This document shows, one piece after another, positions 1-14,200 of a stretch of DNA of 64,000 nucleotides (its first letter is position 1; each line of letters starts with the position of its first letter). The position numbers and the translations under genes were made by a program. Under the pieces are notes generated by a model. That model saw only the letters and a list, made by a program, of their open reading frames with translations, was not told where the DNA came from and did no database searches. Source of the DNA: a virus (taxonomy: Duplodnaviria > Caudoviricetes); IMG/VR virus record IMGVR_UViG_3300021387_000199, positions 1 to 64,000 of that record; one strand, 5' to 3'.

Positions 1-1370
1 CCGCCATATCCGTTCTCTTCAGCCGCCAAACGAGTTTCATACCACTCATCAGTCTTTCCTTGATTGTACGGAACGTATTTTCCATCAGAATCATATCTCG
101 GGTCGTTATCCACGGATTCCTGAAGAAGAGCGATTTCATTCCGGTAATAAGCCAACGACTTATTCAGAGCTTCTTCATTCAGTCCGTCCCAGTTTTTCCA
201 GTAGTTCTCATCAGCCGGGACTCTCAGTGTGAGATCCGCTATTTCATCATTGATTCGAATTGCTTCCGCAGCCAGTTCCTTATACTCGGCACGTTTGCTT
301 TCTATTAACTCCTGCCATGCCAGAACCTTGGCAGCGGTTTCTTCTGTCATATAAGGCTCATGAGCAAAATAGGAGAGATCGTAGAGACGGGTAGAACCGT
401 AATTCAAATCCAGAAAATTCAGACCTTCTCCGCCTTCACAGTTAACACGGGTCACGACAGAGTCTTCTTCTACATTCAAATTAACGTTGTTTGCCAGATT
501 TCTGAAACCGATGAAAATACCAGTGTCATATTTGACATCGTCGTGTTCCAGAGAATACTTGCTGACAGCATGGATCAACCGGCGTTCCGTGTCGAAAAAG
601 AACAAACAGCCGATCTTTGGACCAAGTGTGGAAGTGAGAAAGGCGTAGATAGAAACATTATCCTAACTGTAGATGCCTACAGACTTCAGTTCATATTTCG
701 GTTCCTATTTCAGGGTATTATCATACACGAACTCACAGTCATCGGTATACATCCATCGTCCTGAAGAAGTAAAAGTTTGTGGAACGTCCTATCCAGTAGT
801 AGACTTTTTCGTTTCCCGTATAAATTCACCAGCGTCGTTCATTTTCCTGTAGATATAAGGATCTACGTAACCCACCGACCACAAAGGAGTCTTAGAAATC
901 AGGATATTCAGGAGAGAGAAGCGCTCGTCGTAGGGATTATAAAACGAGATCAGTTTCTCTGGCATCGCGTAAGCCGTTACGTTTCCCTCGATCAGCATCT
1001 CCTGAGAGTCTTCCTCTGCTGTATTTATCTTCAGGCCCACCCAATCAGTATTAAACACTTCCTTTTCCATTGAGTAAGCCGTGACACTTTTCGTTTCTTT
1101 CATCCCATCGTTACTTAACGATGGATATTCCATACGGAAAAATCCGTAGTCTTCGACGTGGAGATACATCGCTACGTTCAGCAGTTCATACCCGTTCGAC
1201 TCGACTAGTTCGCCGTTGATGCCAACGTAGCGATCCACAGTAAACGACAGTTCGTCGAAATCCTTAACGTGCCTGTTAATACTCACGGAATCTGTCTCGA
1301 CCCCGTTCAGCTAACAGATAGGAGACAAGTTCGGGCGGCACAGGTATATCTTTCTTACTTTATTACTCAA
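1..1370 (-). CDS. Tail protein downstream of Dit (Tal/tail-tip-like), runs off window end; TAG readthrough
   Basis: Frame stays open through TAGs at 1311, 789, 705 and 663; probable TTG start at 1370 (MSNKVRKIYLCRPN...); position after Dit. Confidence 0.7.
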
Positions 1371-2184
1371 ACCATCCACCTACCTTCTTATACGGCATCT
1401 CGTAATCAATGATCACAGTGCCAGTTCCTTTTAATTCCAGTTCGTTCTTTCCTTCACAGAGCCTGAGCCAGACGATATCTGAGACTTTAGTCCAGCCGAT
1501 TTCCGTAAAGGTCAGAATTTTTTTATTCGTCAAATCCAGAACGAAGCAGTTTTCACAGTCTATTGACAGGTCGCTGCCCGTCGGCAAGCCGGTAAGCTTC
1601 ATGACTGGTTCCCCGGTCGACAGGTTTTCTATAGATAGGCTCCCGCCATGATCCTTCAGGGTAATCACTGGATAAATATATTCATCCTGATTATTTTTCG
1701 GGATCTGTATCTTCTTGTTGGAATCTCTCTTCAGTTCTATCTTTATAGTTCCTTTCATAAACGGGTACACCGTAGTCGGCATAAACGTAAGCTTAACCGA
1801 CTGAAAACCTTTTCTTCCCGGAATCCACTCTGTCTTAGTAAACACGCCGTAATAGTAAGGAATGGGGCCTGTAATAGTCTTTTTTCCATTCGGAACAAAA
1901 TACAGCGGAGTAGATAGCTTCGGAGCGGTAAGCCAGGTTTCAATTTTAATCTGCTCTTCCTGAGAGAACACAGCCCCGTTGCATTTCAATAGCGCGAACT
2001 CTATCTCATGGGGGCTATCCAGAGTTCCGTACTCATTCGGAATCGGACGGAAGAGAGTAGGAGTACCCGCCTCCATTTCTCGGTCCATTCCGTAACCGTC
2101 CGGAGATCCGTCGAAGAATGCCACCGTGATATTATCAGGAAGATAGTCCTCTGTACTATGCCCCGCGTATATAAATCCTGCCAA
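1363..2184 (-). CDS. Distal tail protein (Dit-like)
   Basis: 273-aa intact ORF immediately downstream of the tape measure gene; C-terminal LSIDCEN...WLRLCEGKNEL resembles siphovirus Dit. Confidence 0.7.
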   Translation of the reverse strand: MAGFIYAGHSTEDYLPDNITVAFFDGSPDGYGMDREMEAGTPTLFRPIPNEYGTLDSPHEIEFALLKCNGAVFSQEEQIKIETWLTAPKLSTPLYFVPNGKKTITGPIPYYYGVFTKTEWIPGRKGFQSVKLTFMPTTVYPFMKGTIKIELKRDSNKKIQIPKNNQDEYIYPVITLKDHGGSLSIENLSTGEPVMKLTGLPTGSDLSIDCENCFVLDLTNKKILTFTEIGWTKVSDIVWLRLCEGKNELELKGTGTVIIDYEMPYKKVGGWFE

Positions 2185-2212
2185 GTTGCCTCACCCCTTT
2201 CTATATAGAAAT

Positions 2213-2242
2213 AGGACGGCAAGCTGTGACACCTACCGTCCT
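2213..2242 (-). terminator. Hairpin after tape measure gene
   Basis: aggacgg...ccgtcct inverted repeat; loop motif shared with the hairpin at 23233. Confidence 0.5.
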
Positions 2243-2247
2243 GAAAA

Positions 2248-5200
2248 TTAATATTTCTTCCTCATTCCTCCCTTCAGGGCATCCTGAGCAAGTCGTTTCT
2301 GAGTATATGAATAGCTTTCCTGAAGAATCGTCTTAAGACTCGGAAGGACTTCCTTATCAACGTTGCCGTTAACTGTCAGAAGTGAACCATACGAAACCGT
2401 CACATTAGACTTCGATCCAGAACTCTGAATGTTCGGAAGTTCAAAGTTGGCCGCAGTCGGGGTTACTGGGTATTCTCTCGCCATTTCAAAGAGTTTCTCT
2501 GTAAGCTGAGCGGGAACAACACCATCGCCGGCTTCAAGCGGTACCAGAACGCCATCTTTGGTCGTAATGATTTCGCCACCATTTTCCTGAGTCATATAGA
2601 TGTCGTCTTTATTGATCGACATCGTACCAATCTTTTTCCCTTTGTTTCCTTTCTTCTTAGTTGTACCTTTATTACTACTCTTTTTCTTAGCTTTCGAATT
2701 CTTGCTAGAACTGTTTGCTTTTTTGGATTTAGACGCAGAAGAACCCTTTGAATTCTTAGAGCCTGTTTTTATAGATGTGGATACATTAACAGAGCTTTCC
2801 TCAATTGCATCTATAACCGCTTTAATTATTTTGCCAATATCTATCACCGCCGACTGAATGGCAGATACAACACTACCATCTGAGCCGCTGATAGAAGCGC
2901 CAAGAGCCTAAGCTTGGGTTTGAATCGAAGCAGCAATTGATCCTGCGGCATTATCTATAGAATCAATACCAGCATTCTGCCCAACAGCAATATCTCCCGG
3001 AAGAGAATTAGCTGTTTCATCAAGAGTGGCGAGATTCTCAACTATTGTATCTCCGGTAGAGTCAAGCATCATGTTCTCAATCACTGTAGCCTATCCAGCT
3101 GTTGTAAGAGTCGTCCACATATCTGCCATCTTGTTAGTTACAACATCTGATACTGGGCCTTGCCAAGAAGCAATTTCCTGGGCCTGTTTATCTGCGTTGG
3201 CAGCCAAAGCAAGATCGTAAGCAGATAAATCTTGAGTGAAAGCATTGAATGATCCGGTCATGCCAGTTACAGCGGCAGTAGTAGCGGAATTAGCAGTAGA
3301 AACTGAGATACCCATCTGAGCCATGTTGGTGCCGAAACTTGCCAGCATAGAATTCATGGTATTAGACATTTGTTGCGACGTCATCTGAGTGCTCTGCATT
3401 ACCGCAAGCTGTTGCTGAGAGTTGGCTTCGAATTCCTGAGACCAACGTTCATAATTCTCTTGCATAGTGTTCTGAAGATCAGAAAGACCTTCGGTCTGAA
3501 GAGACACGGTATGATCTCTGATAGTATCTTGTTGAGCCTCTCGTTTCTGAGCAATTTGCGCGTCAATACGAGCTTTCATCGCTTTCGATTCAGCGTCTGC
3601 TACGCCTTCAAGTGCGCGAGACTGTGCCTCAAGGAGGGCTATCTACTTATTAGAATTCTTCAGCTGCTTATCGTAGTTATGATATTCCTGTTCTTTCTGA
3701 AGTGCTTCCTTTCTCTTATCTATGACTTTGTTCAGCGCTTCAAGCTGCTTCTGGGCAGTAGTTTCAACCGTCTTAGTGAAAGATTCCAGGGCAGACTTAG
3801 CCGTCTGGAGATAAGACATCTGCTTCGAAGTAAGTTCCTTGATATCATCATCGTAAGCTTGCTGGCCGTATGATGCGTCATTTCTGAGCCTTTCAAGGAG
3901 TTTCTCTTTTTGAGTAGCGACTGTCTGTATCTCTTCAAGTGCCTGATTGTAAGCCTCTTTATCAACCACCATCGTGAGTTGACCTTGCTGAGTAAGGTTG
4001 CCGGTATCATAATCCCACTTAGCGGCGTCATTAATGAGACCGGCCATCGTGTTCAAGTTACCGATAAAGGCATCCTGTTTGTCAAGAACTCTGTTCAAAG
4101 AATCAATCTCAAACTGAATCCTTTCAGCTTCAAGTTTAGCAATAGCGTTTTCTGAGTCGTAAACCTCTTTCCAAAGATTATTAATCTCGGTCTGCTTTGC
4201 TATATAAGAATCTGATCCTTTGACGAAAGCGGGGCCAATAGTATCTCCATTTGCCGCTTTGCCGGACATCTTCCAGAATTCAAGCTGTGCTTTAGTGGCT
4301 TCCTCTCGTTTTTTGTTTCTGATAGCTTCTTCTTGGGCGATCTGCTCTGTGTAGTAAGACGCCTACTTATAGTTCCCTACGATCTCGTCACGTTCGTTCC
4401 AGACATTGTTCAGATCCTTAATGGACTGCATATACCCGATGATCTTTTCAAAATGATTCGAAATGTCTTCAAGCTTCTTGATCTCAAGCTGTTTGATCTC
4501 AACACCAAACTGATGAGCTTCGGATTTTGCTTCGTTGATCTTTTGTTGCATTTCAAGCCACTCTTTAGAGCCCTGTTTAATAGTGCCGGAATTGACCCCG
4601 GTATCCAGTTCCCTCTGAAGAGCATTAGCCTACCGCTCTTTATATGCTTTATTGATAGCAAGATCATTCTGTTGTCTGGTTCGATCCGCCGCTTTGATTT
4701 CATCACCAAAGGTCTCAGCGTCCTCAATATACTGTTCGTTCAGCTTATTCAAGGATTCTTGATAAGAGAGCTGAGTTTCGTAAGCTTCGTTAATGTAATC
4801 AAAATTGTCACGTATCTCCTGAACTTTTTGAGCCGCCAGCTCCGCAGCGGATACAACCTGATCGGTCTGAGCAGATTCCAGAGCGTCAAGGAAGGATTGT
4901 AAACTAGCAGAAGCGTTGCCGACCATCTCTTGGGCAGTGGCCACATCGTTGACTCCTTGACGGGTAGTCGTAGTGGTGACTGTCTTGTTAGTCATCTTTT
5001 TCGATTTTGAAGACTTGTTATTATATTTTTTGACGGCTTTCTTGAGATTTTTGCCGCTCTTGCTCTTACTCTTTTTCTGTTTCGCTGTCAGTGTTACTTC
5101 ATTACCGGCTTTCAGATCTTTCTTTTGCTGTTTTGTTAACTTCTTAGAATACTGTTTAGCAATGCTGGCACCAGTCTTTCTGACCTATGTCTGCGCTTTA

Positions 5201-8200
5201 TAAGCCTTTACATACTCGTTCTGTTGCTTAACAGCGGCCTTGGCGGCTTTGTTACTGATTTTCTTGATAGAGACAGACTTTCCTGCTTTAAGAGATTTCT
5301 TCTGCTGCTTTGTAAGCTTCTTGGAATACTTCTTAGCCACCTTTGTACCGGCAGCCTTGATGTCTGCCCGAGATATAGAAGCCGTACCTTCTTCAGAAGA
5401 ACTAACACGCGTTGTGGTCTATGGGGCACCGGTTCCTCCTACAAGTGTAGACTGAAGCTGTTTATTCTGAAGTTTTTGATAATCTGAAGCATTTTTCGCA
5501 ATCCTATCAAGTTCGATATTTCTCTGCTCAAAAGCTTTAATATAATAAGCAGTTTTCTGAGCATTTGCAGTAGCATACTCGCGATATCCAGCCCCGCTAA
5601 GGTTAACATAATTAGCATTAGACATGCCTTTCTTGCCAGTCAACTGATCCAGAAGGGCCTGAGTAGAACCACCCTTGGATGCCGTGTCGATTCTGGTCTC
5701 TGCGACTTCAAGACCTTTTAAGCCCTTGGTTAAACGCTCAATCTGCTTCTCGGCTTCTTCAGCCGGGGCTTTCGCCCAAGTATCGTAAAGCTCGACCAAA
5801 GAGCGATTAAGGTTGTTTATATTATTGGACGCTTGTGTTGCCGCGTCTGCGTACTGCTGATAATCCTGAATGGCTTTAGCTAGTTTCTCGTCTTTGATGG
5901 TTTCGATGTCAATCTTATAACCAGCGTCTATCATTTTTTTAGTCTCTGTGAATTTACTGTTTGCCTGTTCCTGCGCTTTATTCTTCGGATTCTCATAAGG
6001 ATTCTTTACTGCGTTAGCCTCCTGACGATAACGAGCGGCACCCGCACGATTGCCGGCGATTTCATTCAATAGGGCCTGAAGCTGACCGCCAACAGACCTT
6101 CCTGCAGAGTCCTTCCCGGCTTTGATATTACCGTTTGAATCAATCTTTCCAACAAGATTCGCCATCTTGTCTCCATACGAAATGAAGTCGGTGATAGCAT
6201 CCGCGAACTTTGCAGTTTGATCAGCGAGATAGGAGAGGCGTGAAGCCACCCAGTCAAAGACTTGTCCTTCTTTCTATTTCTCTTTCGTGTTATCTTTGGT
6301 TGCTTTAGTGTTTTTCTATGTGGCATCGCTGTTCTTATTCTGAGCTTTGGAGTTGTTGTCTCCACCACCGTTCTTTTGATTTTTAGCTGTTTGTACCTAT
6401 AATCCACCTTTCGCTACGGTTCCGGCGTAAGCATTTCCTGAAGCATAAGCATCTCCGCTGATAAATGTGTTAGGATCTTCGAATGGATCGTACATTTCTA
6501 ATCCAGGAACAGTGCCGTCGTTATGAGCCATTGCACCATATTGGTTAGTGTGACCACGTTTCATCAAATCCTAAGTCTGCTTTGCATTAAATACAATCGC
6601 ATCCTTCGGGAGATTGATCATCTGCGGACCATTCTATCCAACTGTATGCCATTTACCCTCATGGGGATCAATGTACATTTCAGTGCCAAGCTCTCCGATG
6701 AGGTCAGGAGCAGTCCCCTCGGCGTGGGCTTTCTTCTTTTTCTTTTTCTTCTTGGCGACATTAGAAGATTTCGCTCTTTCTATAGCATCAGATACACTGT
6801 GCATTTCTCTTGATGTGTTAGGAGCAGTATCTCCAACATCCGCGATCAAGCCACGAGTATCAAGAGCAAGAAGATCTTCTGTAGTCCAATCACCAGACGC
6901 AGCCACTTTGTCTACCAGTCCCTGAATGTACCGATACACAGTAGCACTATTAAGAAGAACTAGCTTATTACCAACCTGTTGGAACGGAGAAAACGCAATC
7001 GGTATCCCGTTAAATCTCTACCACATTCCCAACACCGTGGAGTAACTACCCTTTTTAGGATGTTCACCCCAACTAGCAAGCTGTTTCTTGTATTTCTTCA
7101 GATTCTTCTTTGTCCATTGGATCTTAGCTCTGTTGTTGAGATCAATATTTCCATATGTGCCGTTAGCAAAAGCTTTAAATTCTTTATCACTTACCGTTCC
7201 AGATGAATGAGCTTTAACAGGTATTCCCTGTCTTGCCGTCTTACCTGAACGGATAAGATCAGCAGTCTGTTCGGCATTGAAGATAATGTCATCCTTGTCA
7301 AGTTTCTCCATGTGAGGCCCACCGGGGAGAAGTTCCCAAACGCCATTGTGAACACGGGATTCTTGACCAACCTCATTAACCAATGCTGTCTCATTCTGAC
7401 CAACAGTAAAGTCTTTGCCTCCTGCGCGAGCAGTACCAGAAGCGTGAGCAGTACCGAGAACTGGGCCAGATTTTCCTGCGGAAACGTGATTGGTTGTGAT
7501 AGTCACAGACTTACTTTGAATCCGAGCAAGAGCAGAAGCAATAGCATTGATATTGGACAGTGTCGGATTTATATTGTCTGCCTATACAGAAAACTTCTTG
7601 TCGCTTATTGTTATATTGCTTAACTGATATGTATTCCGAAGGGTAGAAGAGAGGTTTTTGGCTATAACAGAGAACTGTTTATCTCCGATCTTGAAATCTT
7701 CAAGAGTCTGAAGATCATTAGAAGCATCGTCCTGAAGCTTGATTCCTATGGATGTATACTCGGATCCGTCCTGAGCTTTCAGTTGCTACAGAATAGAAAA
7801 CGCAGTACTGTTTTCATCAACCTCAACGCCGATCTTCATCATTACTTCGCTTTCGCCCTGAATCTTTTCAACCAACGAATCGATTTCAGCCTGAGCTTCT
7901 GAGGTATCAGCGCCAGTCTTTATGGCGATTTCTTTGTTAGTCTGGGCATTATACAAAGCCTGAACATCAGAAATAGCCTGGGCAGTCCCATCGTCTTGAG
8001 ATTCCTGAGGTAACTGAGACGTATCCACTTGCATTACTACGGGCTTTTCAAGCTATGCCATCTGAGCAACGCAATAAGCGATGATCTGATTGAGTTCCTC
8101 TATTTGGGTAGCGTCAACCTAAGGATCCAGATGAATCTTCTTTTGGGTCAACTGCATTATTGTGCTTTCGAGCTTAGAGACAGCATCATCTTGGTCAAGA

Positions 8201-11200
8201 CCTTCGATGTCAATGTCTACCTGTGTACCATCAAGAATTTCAAGGGCATTCTTAGCTTTTCCAGCCTAGTCCCTGATATTAGAAAACGAGGATTCAGTAT
8301 CACCAAATTTATACTTCGATGCTTCATCAAAAATGTATTCGTTCGCCTCGCCAAAAGCAGCCTAAACAAATCCTTCTCCGACGTTCAAACCATCGGCAAT
8401 TTCCTTCATGGTATGTTCACCAATCATCTTATACTGACCGTCTTCAACTTTGGCAAAGCCTTTGTCAACGAGATCATTGAAGAAGTTGGGTAGATTCAGC
8501 TATTTTGCAGTCTTGCCGTCATCATCAAATGTCAGGTATCTCTTAAGAGTGTTTTCCTGCCATTCTTTAATAGCCGCAGGATCCGTGTCAGCATCATCCG
8601 GCATCAGGAAATCAGCGGCAGTCTTGAACTTCTCAGTTCCGTATTTCTGATACGTGTCAGATTCGGGGTTGAAAGCATCGGAGAGTTCCTGCCACATAGA
8701 TTTAGTGTCATCAAACATATCACCAGATTCAGGTGCGCTCTGAGCATCCTTCCATGCCTGATACTTGCTGATAGACTCGTCAATGGCGGCGTTCAGTAAG
8801 TCAATGTGCGTTATGTTGTCCCTGATGATATTGTTGTCACTCATAAGTTTGGAAATATGAGCGGCGACCGATGTTGCGTTTTCCCCTTCAGCAAAAGAGT
8901 TGGTCTCCACCTGTCTTGTAAGATCGGCGATCTCCCTTGCGTTCTATCTGTATTCAGCCTACTTCTGAGCCTTAACGGCTTTATTCGCCGCCTTAGCTTC
9001 TTCGGCCTTTGCTTTATTCAGCTTCTTTACTTCGTTATAATTGTATTTGATCGAGTCAGAAGTATATTCCAGAGCCTGTTTGTAATCCTACAGCTCTTTC
9101 AGGTTATAATCCTCAATTGACACAGACTGACCAGCTGTCGCGCTGTTCATCTGTTCGCCGATTGATCCGATTTGGTCAAGGTACTTCTGGGATGTTTCTG
9201 TCGCCGTCCTGAACGACACATCAATCGTGTATCCGTCCATAGCGTTCTGGAACATCTCGTGATAGTTTGCCGCAGCCTAATCAACTCCTTGTGCATCCAA
9301 GGACATCTTCGCTTTTACAGCGGCCTCCCTCGAGATCGGGTTCCTGAGAACCTCTTCAGCGATCTCAGCGTTCTATCCGAGAATCTTCTGTGCCTCTTCA
9401 AGCGTAAGGTTCCCAAGGGCGGTATTGGCGATAGAAGTGAGCTTCCCGGCACGGCTTACCCTGTCGTTCTGTACGAATTTCCAGAGCTTATTCGCCTGAA
9501 CATTGCTGAGAACCGACTTCAGCTGTTCTGCGTCGTCAAGGATCCCGTCCATATTCATGTCAGTGAATTCATATCCGAGAGCAGAAGCCTCTTCAAGGAT
9601 TTCAGGCATGGACTGGGAGAGTGAGAGGATGCTGTCAACAGTGATGTCTCCAGTAGCAATCTCGTCAAACGCACCCTGAATGGATGACATTTCAGAATTG
9701 AAATTAATACGGGCATTTACATCAGCCACGAGATCCCTACGGTTAATCTTATCCTGCTCATCATGGAGCTTATCCATTACATCGGAGTCATCGATATCCC
9801 CTTTCAGGAACACCTTCATGATGGCCTCTGCCGAAAATTCACCTTTTCGGAATCTTTCGTTGACCTGTTTCCTGAGATCTGCGTCGTCTATTCTCTGTAT
9901 CACGCTTGAAGCCTGAGCAGTAGAAGTACCGCTTAGATCAGCAAGCCCGGCCATATAGCCCTTGAGAGCATCCTGAAGGGCAGTATTATCAGTTACGTTT
10001 TCGATTTGCTTGAACTGCTTTTCCAGATTCTCAAGAGTAAATGAATTAGCAGCGGCCTGAAGACCGTCAATACTCGTGATCGTTCCGTCAAAATTGGCGG
10101 ACTCAATCATCTGAGCCAGGGCGTCACCGGAATTCAACGCGAGTTCAGGCGTCTCCTGAAGAAGAGAGAGAAGCCCGTCTACGGTAGCTTCACCGGTCGC
10201 GACTTGATCCGCGAAACCAGAAATCTGATTATTCTTGGATGAGAGATTGGTAAGGACTTCGAGATTTGTCTGAAACTCCAGATTAGTGTCCTTGCCGGCT
10301 GCTTCAATGGCAGCCTGTGTAGCGGTCCCGAAATCTTCGTAACCATCATAGGTAGTGATCAGATTAAGTCTCACGAGAGCGTCGTATTCTCCGGCATCCA
10401 AAAGTTTTTGAATACCCTTGAGGTCTATAGCCTCACCGTTTTCTGCCCTCTTATTAAGGGCTTCAAAAGCAGCGCGGCCTTCAGCCTCACCTATCCCGGT
10501 AAGGCGTGTGGAATTAAGAATCGCCTGTTGTGCAGAACCAGACAGGGATTCGTTCTTGGAGAAGAACTGGCTAAGCTTATCAAGCTTAAGCTGGTTGATA
10601 AGAGCGTTAGCGGCCTAAGCATCTTGTACCAGACCATCCATGTTGAGGGAAGAGTAGATCGCGCTAAGCTGTTCGCCGGAGATATTCAGATCCCCAAACT
10701 GCTCTTCGAGGGAAGCAATGTCATCAATTCCGAACTCGCCGGCCATTATTGACTGAGAAGCGGAAGAGAGTGAAGACATTGAATCGGAAAGATTCTTGAC
10801 CTGGGCCAAGCCTTTCTCGACACCATTCCTTATCCCCTGAGCACTGGAATCATCGATTATTTTCTGGATATCACGCCCGACCTCATCGGAATTTGCGTAA
10901 ACGAAATGGATCCGCCCCATGATGTCCAAGCCTTCAGCCGTGTCAAGGTCTATATTGCTTAGATCATAACCGGATTCCTGTATCTGCGACTTCCATGCCC
11001 CGGCAAGTTGCCTGTTCGTATTGGAGAAGTCGATGGAGTTAGCTAACCCCTGCACGACCTCCTGAGGCGCGCTATCCAACTGTGAGAGCACGTTCTTCAG
11101 GTTCATCTAAGCAATCTGCTGAAGAAGAGCCTGAAGAGTAGAAGCATCAGTTACCGCGCCGGTCAGAGACAGCTGTGAGAATGCCTGTCCGAGGACGTCG

Positions 11201-14200
11201 GTTTCCTTCAGAAGATCCGGAAATGTCTCGACTAATCCGAGAATGTCCCCGGATGTTGCTTCGCCAGAGGCTACTTTTTCACCGAAAGCGGAAACTTCAT
11301 CGGCCATCGACTGGAAGGACTGAACAGCAGAAATCTTTGCCTTTTCAGCACGGGTTTCAACGATGGAAAACGCCTACTCAAAGGATGCTCCCATACCGGC
11401 CGCAACGGCAGCAGCCTCACGCTCGAGCTAATTGGCACTGTTCGCCATGTCATGAAGTTTCTGATCTGAGTCAGCATACTTGCTCACAATTTCATCAGCG
11501 TCAGTGGCAGAAATACCAGAAAGATCAGCAGTTGAGAAAGCTGATTTTCTTAAGAGGGCTTGTGCGTCCTAAGACAGATCATTAAGCCTTGCTACTTCGT
11601 CAACGCCTTTCTCGATGTTCTCATACTTCAAATGAGCGAGAGCCTCATTGACTCCTTCGATGTTCTTAAGAGTGCCGTCAGCATTCGGATTGTCGAGCAT
11701 CTTTGAGAGTTCTGCTCCGGCTTCTTCCGCGGCTTTTGGAGCATCTTTCAACAAAGAAAGAAGATCATCCGAAGTTGCTTCATTTTCTTTAAGCTTATTC
11801 GTGAAGTCATTAATACTAGAATTACTACTTCCAATTTCAGAAATAATATCCACACCGACTTTTACGGATTCAGATACGTCTTGTGTATAAGCCTCAACAG
11901 CAGAATCCAAATCAGACTGAAACTCATCTGCATTCTAAATTTTAGGGTAGAGCGACAAACGAATAATGGCACTGTATTTACCCTATTCGTAAAGCTTCTG
12001 GATCTGCCCCATGTCAACATTCTTGTTGGCGGACAGCATCTGAGCGGCAGCCCTAGCTTCGGCTTCAGTAGCTCCAGTGAGGCGGGTCTGATTTACCATG
12101 TTACGCTGTGCTTCTTTTGTGAAAGTTCCAGCTTCTTTCTGATCTCCTATGAATTTCTGTAACTTAGCAATTTTGAGATCGTTAATTAACGCAACAGCAG
12201 TTTCAGCATCTGATACGAACCCTTCCATGTTAAGACTGCTATAAAGAGCGTCTAACTGAGAACCATCAGTAATCAGATCACCGAATGATTCATGAAGACT
12301 ATCAAGGTCACTAGCAGTAAGTTCACCAGAGAGAGCTTTATTCATATAGTCATTAAGAGAAGAAGATGCAGAATCAAGTGCCTTTATATCAGACATGGAC
12401 TTCTTCAAACCATCAGAAGCGCCCTGGCTTACAGAATCATCGACAAGGCTCTTAAGGTTAGTAACCTGTGCATTTTCTACGACAAAGTTGATGTGACCAA
12501 TGATATCTCGTCCTTCCGCAGTAGAAGTGTCATACTGGCTTAAGTCAAGACCATATTGTTCTCTAATGCGATTCACATACTCATCGGCATCTTCTTTCGA
12601 GATAGAGGAAAAGTCAATCTGTCTTGCCATGCCCTGAACGATATCCTGATCATTGATCTTATTCTCTTTCAGGTATTCGGCAAGTTTCTTCTACTGAATC
12701 TATGTGAGAATCTGCTCGAGCTAAGAAGCGTCACTCAATGCTCCAGACATCGAAAGACTGGAAAACGCCTGACCGAGTACATCTGTGTACTCAAGAAGTT
12801 CTGGGAATGTTTCAACTAAACCAAGGACATCATCAGAAGTAACAGAATCCGAAGCCGATTTTTCTTTGAATGAGTCAATAGAATTACTGATGGAATCAAA
12901 TGACTTTATAGTATTAATAGCTGTCTTTTCAGCCCTTTGTTCGACGATATTAAAAGCTTCCTCGAAACTAATCTGCATACCTTGGGCTATTGCTGCCGCC
13001 TATACCTATAAATCAGAACCGGATTCGGCAATCTAAAGAAGGTCTTCTTTGGTTTTACCCGCAATATTATAGTCGCGGGTGTCTGACCCAATAAGACGTT
13101 GAGCGTCCTCTGTAGATATCCCTGAAAGATCCGCCTGAGAGTAGGCTATAATCTGCTCAATGTCTGTTTTAGCAGAAGATAATGAATCCTCCAAATTTGT
13201 AACGCGAATATGAGCGAGCACATCAGACAACTCTTCAGCCCCGCTAATTGTTCCATCTAGACTTTCACCTGACAAGACTTCTGATATAGTGGAAGAAATG
13301 GACTCAAACTCTGTAGGATAAGTATCAATTAATCCGAGAAGATCTTCCGCAGTAGCCTTTCCGGATTCAAGGCTAGACTCAAAGGATGTGATTTTATCAT
13401 TTTTCGACATCATATCCTGCGTTGCCTGTATTGATTCTTTGAATTCCTTTACCGGGGCTTTTATTTTCACTTCAACTTCTTCATTTTCGATCTGAGATTT
13501 CCATTCTTCGAAATCCCATGTAGCTGATTGATCGTCTAGAAGAAGTCTGGCTACAACTTCGGCGCCATATTCATTTTCGTTTGCATATTCTCTCAGATAT
13601 TGCCTGATTTTTGGCTTATCTTCTTTATTTAAGCCAGCTTTATATACCTGTTTACTTACTTGATTGGCAGAAATATCAGAAAAGTCAAGGCTATCAATTA
13701 AAATATCTCTCTGAGCACGAATAGCTGCGCGGGTCGCGTCATCATAGGAATCTGGATCTGAGAGCTATTCATTTATCTTTTGGATAGTGCTAGTGGCGGT
13801 TTTATAATTGAGGTTAGCCAATGCCCGATCAACGTCTTCAGAATATCTAACAAAACCATCGGCATTTAATCCGTCTGTCACAGACTGCAAGAACTGAGTA
13901 TCAGATGCAAGATCAGGGAACTCTTGGAATAGATCTGTCAATCCAGCCCGATCCACTTCGCCTTTACGGAATTTTTCACCCCAGTCTTCAAGCGATGAAC
14001 TCTTACTTTGAAGCTCATCGATTAACTCGGAGAATGTTTTATTGTTCTGAGAATCAGCAATAGTTTCCAAAAAGCTGGAAAAAGAACCATCAGCTTTCTT
14101 AGCCGCCTTCGCAGCTTCTTCGCCAAAGAACCCAAGTTTTTCAAGCTGATCAGCTAACCATTCGATCTGAGACCTGTCCTTTGTATCTGTGATATATCCT

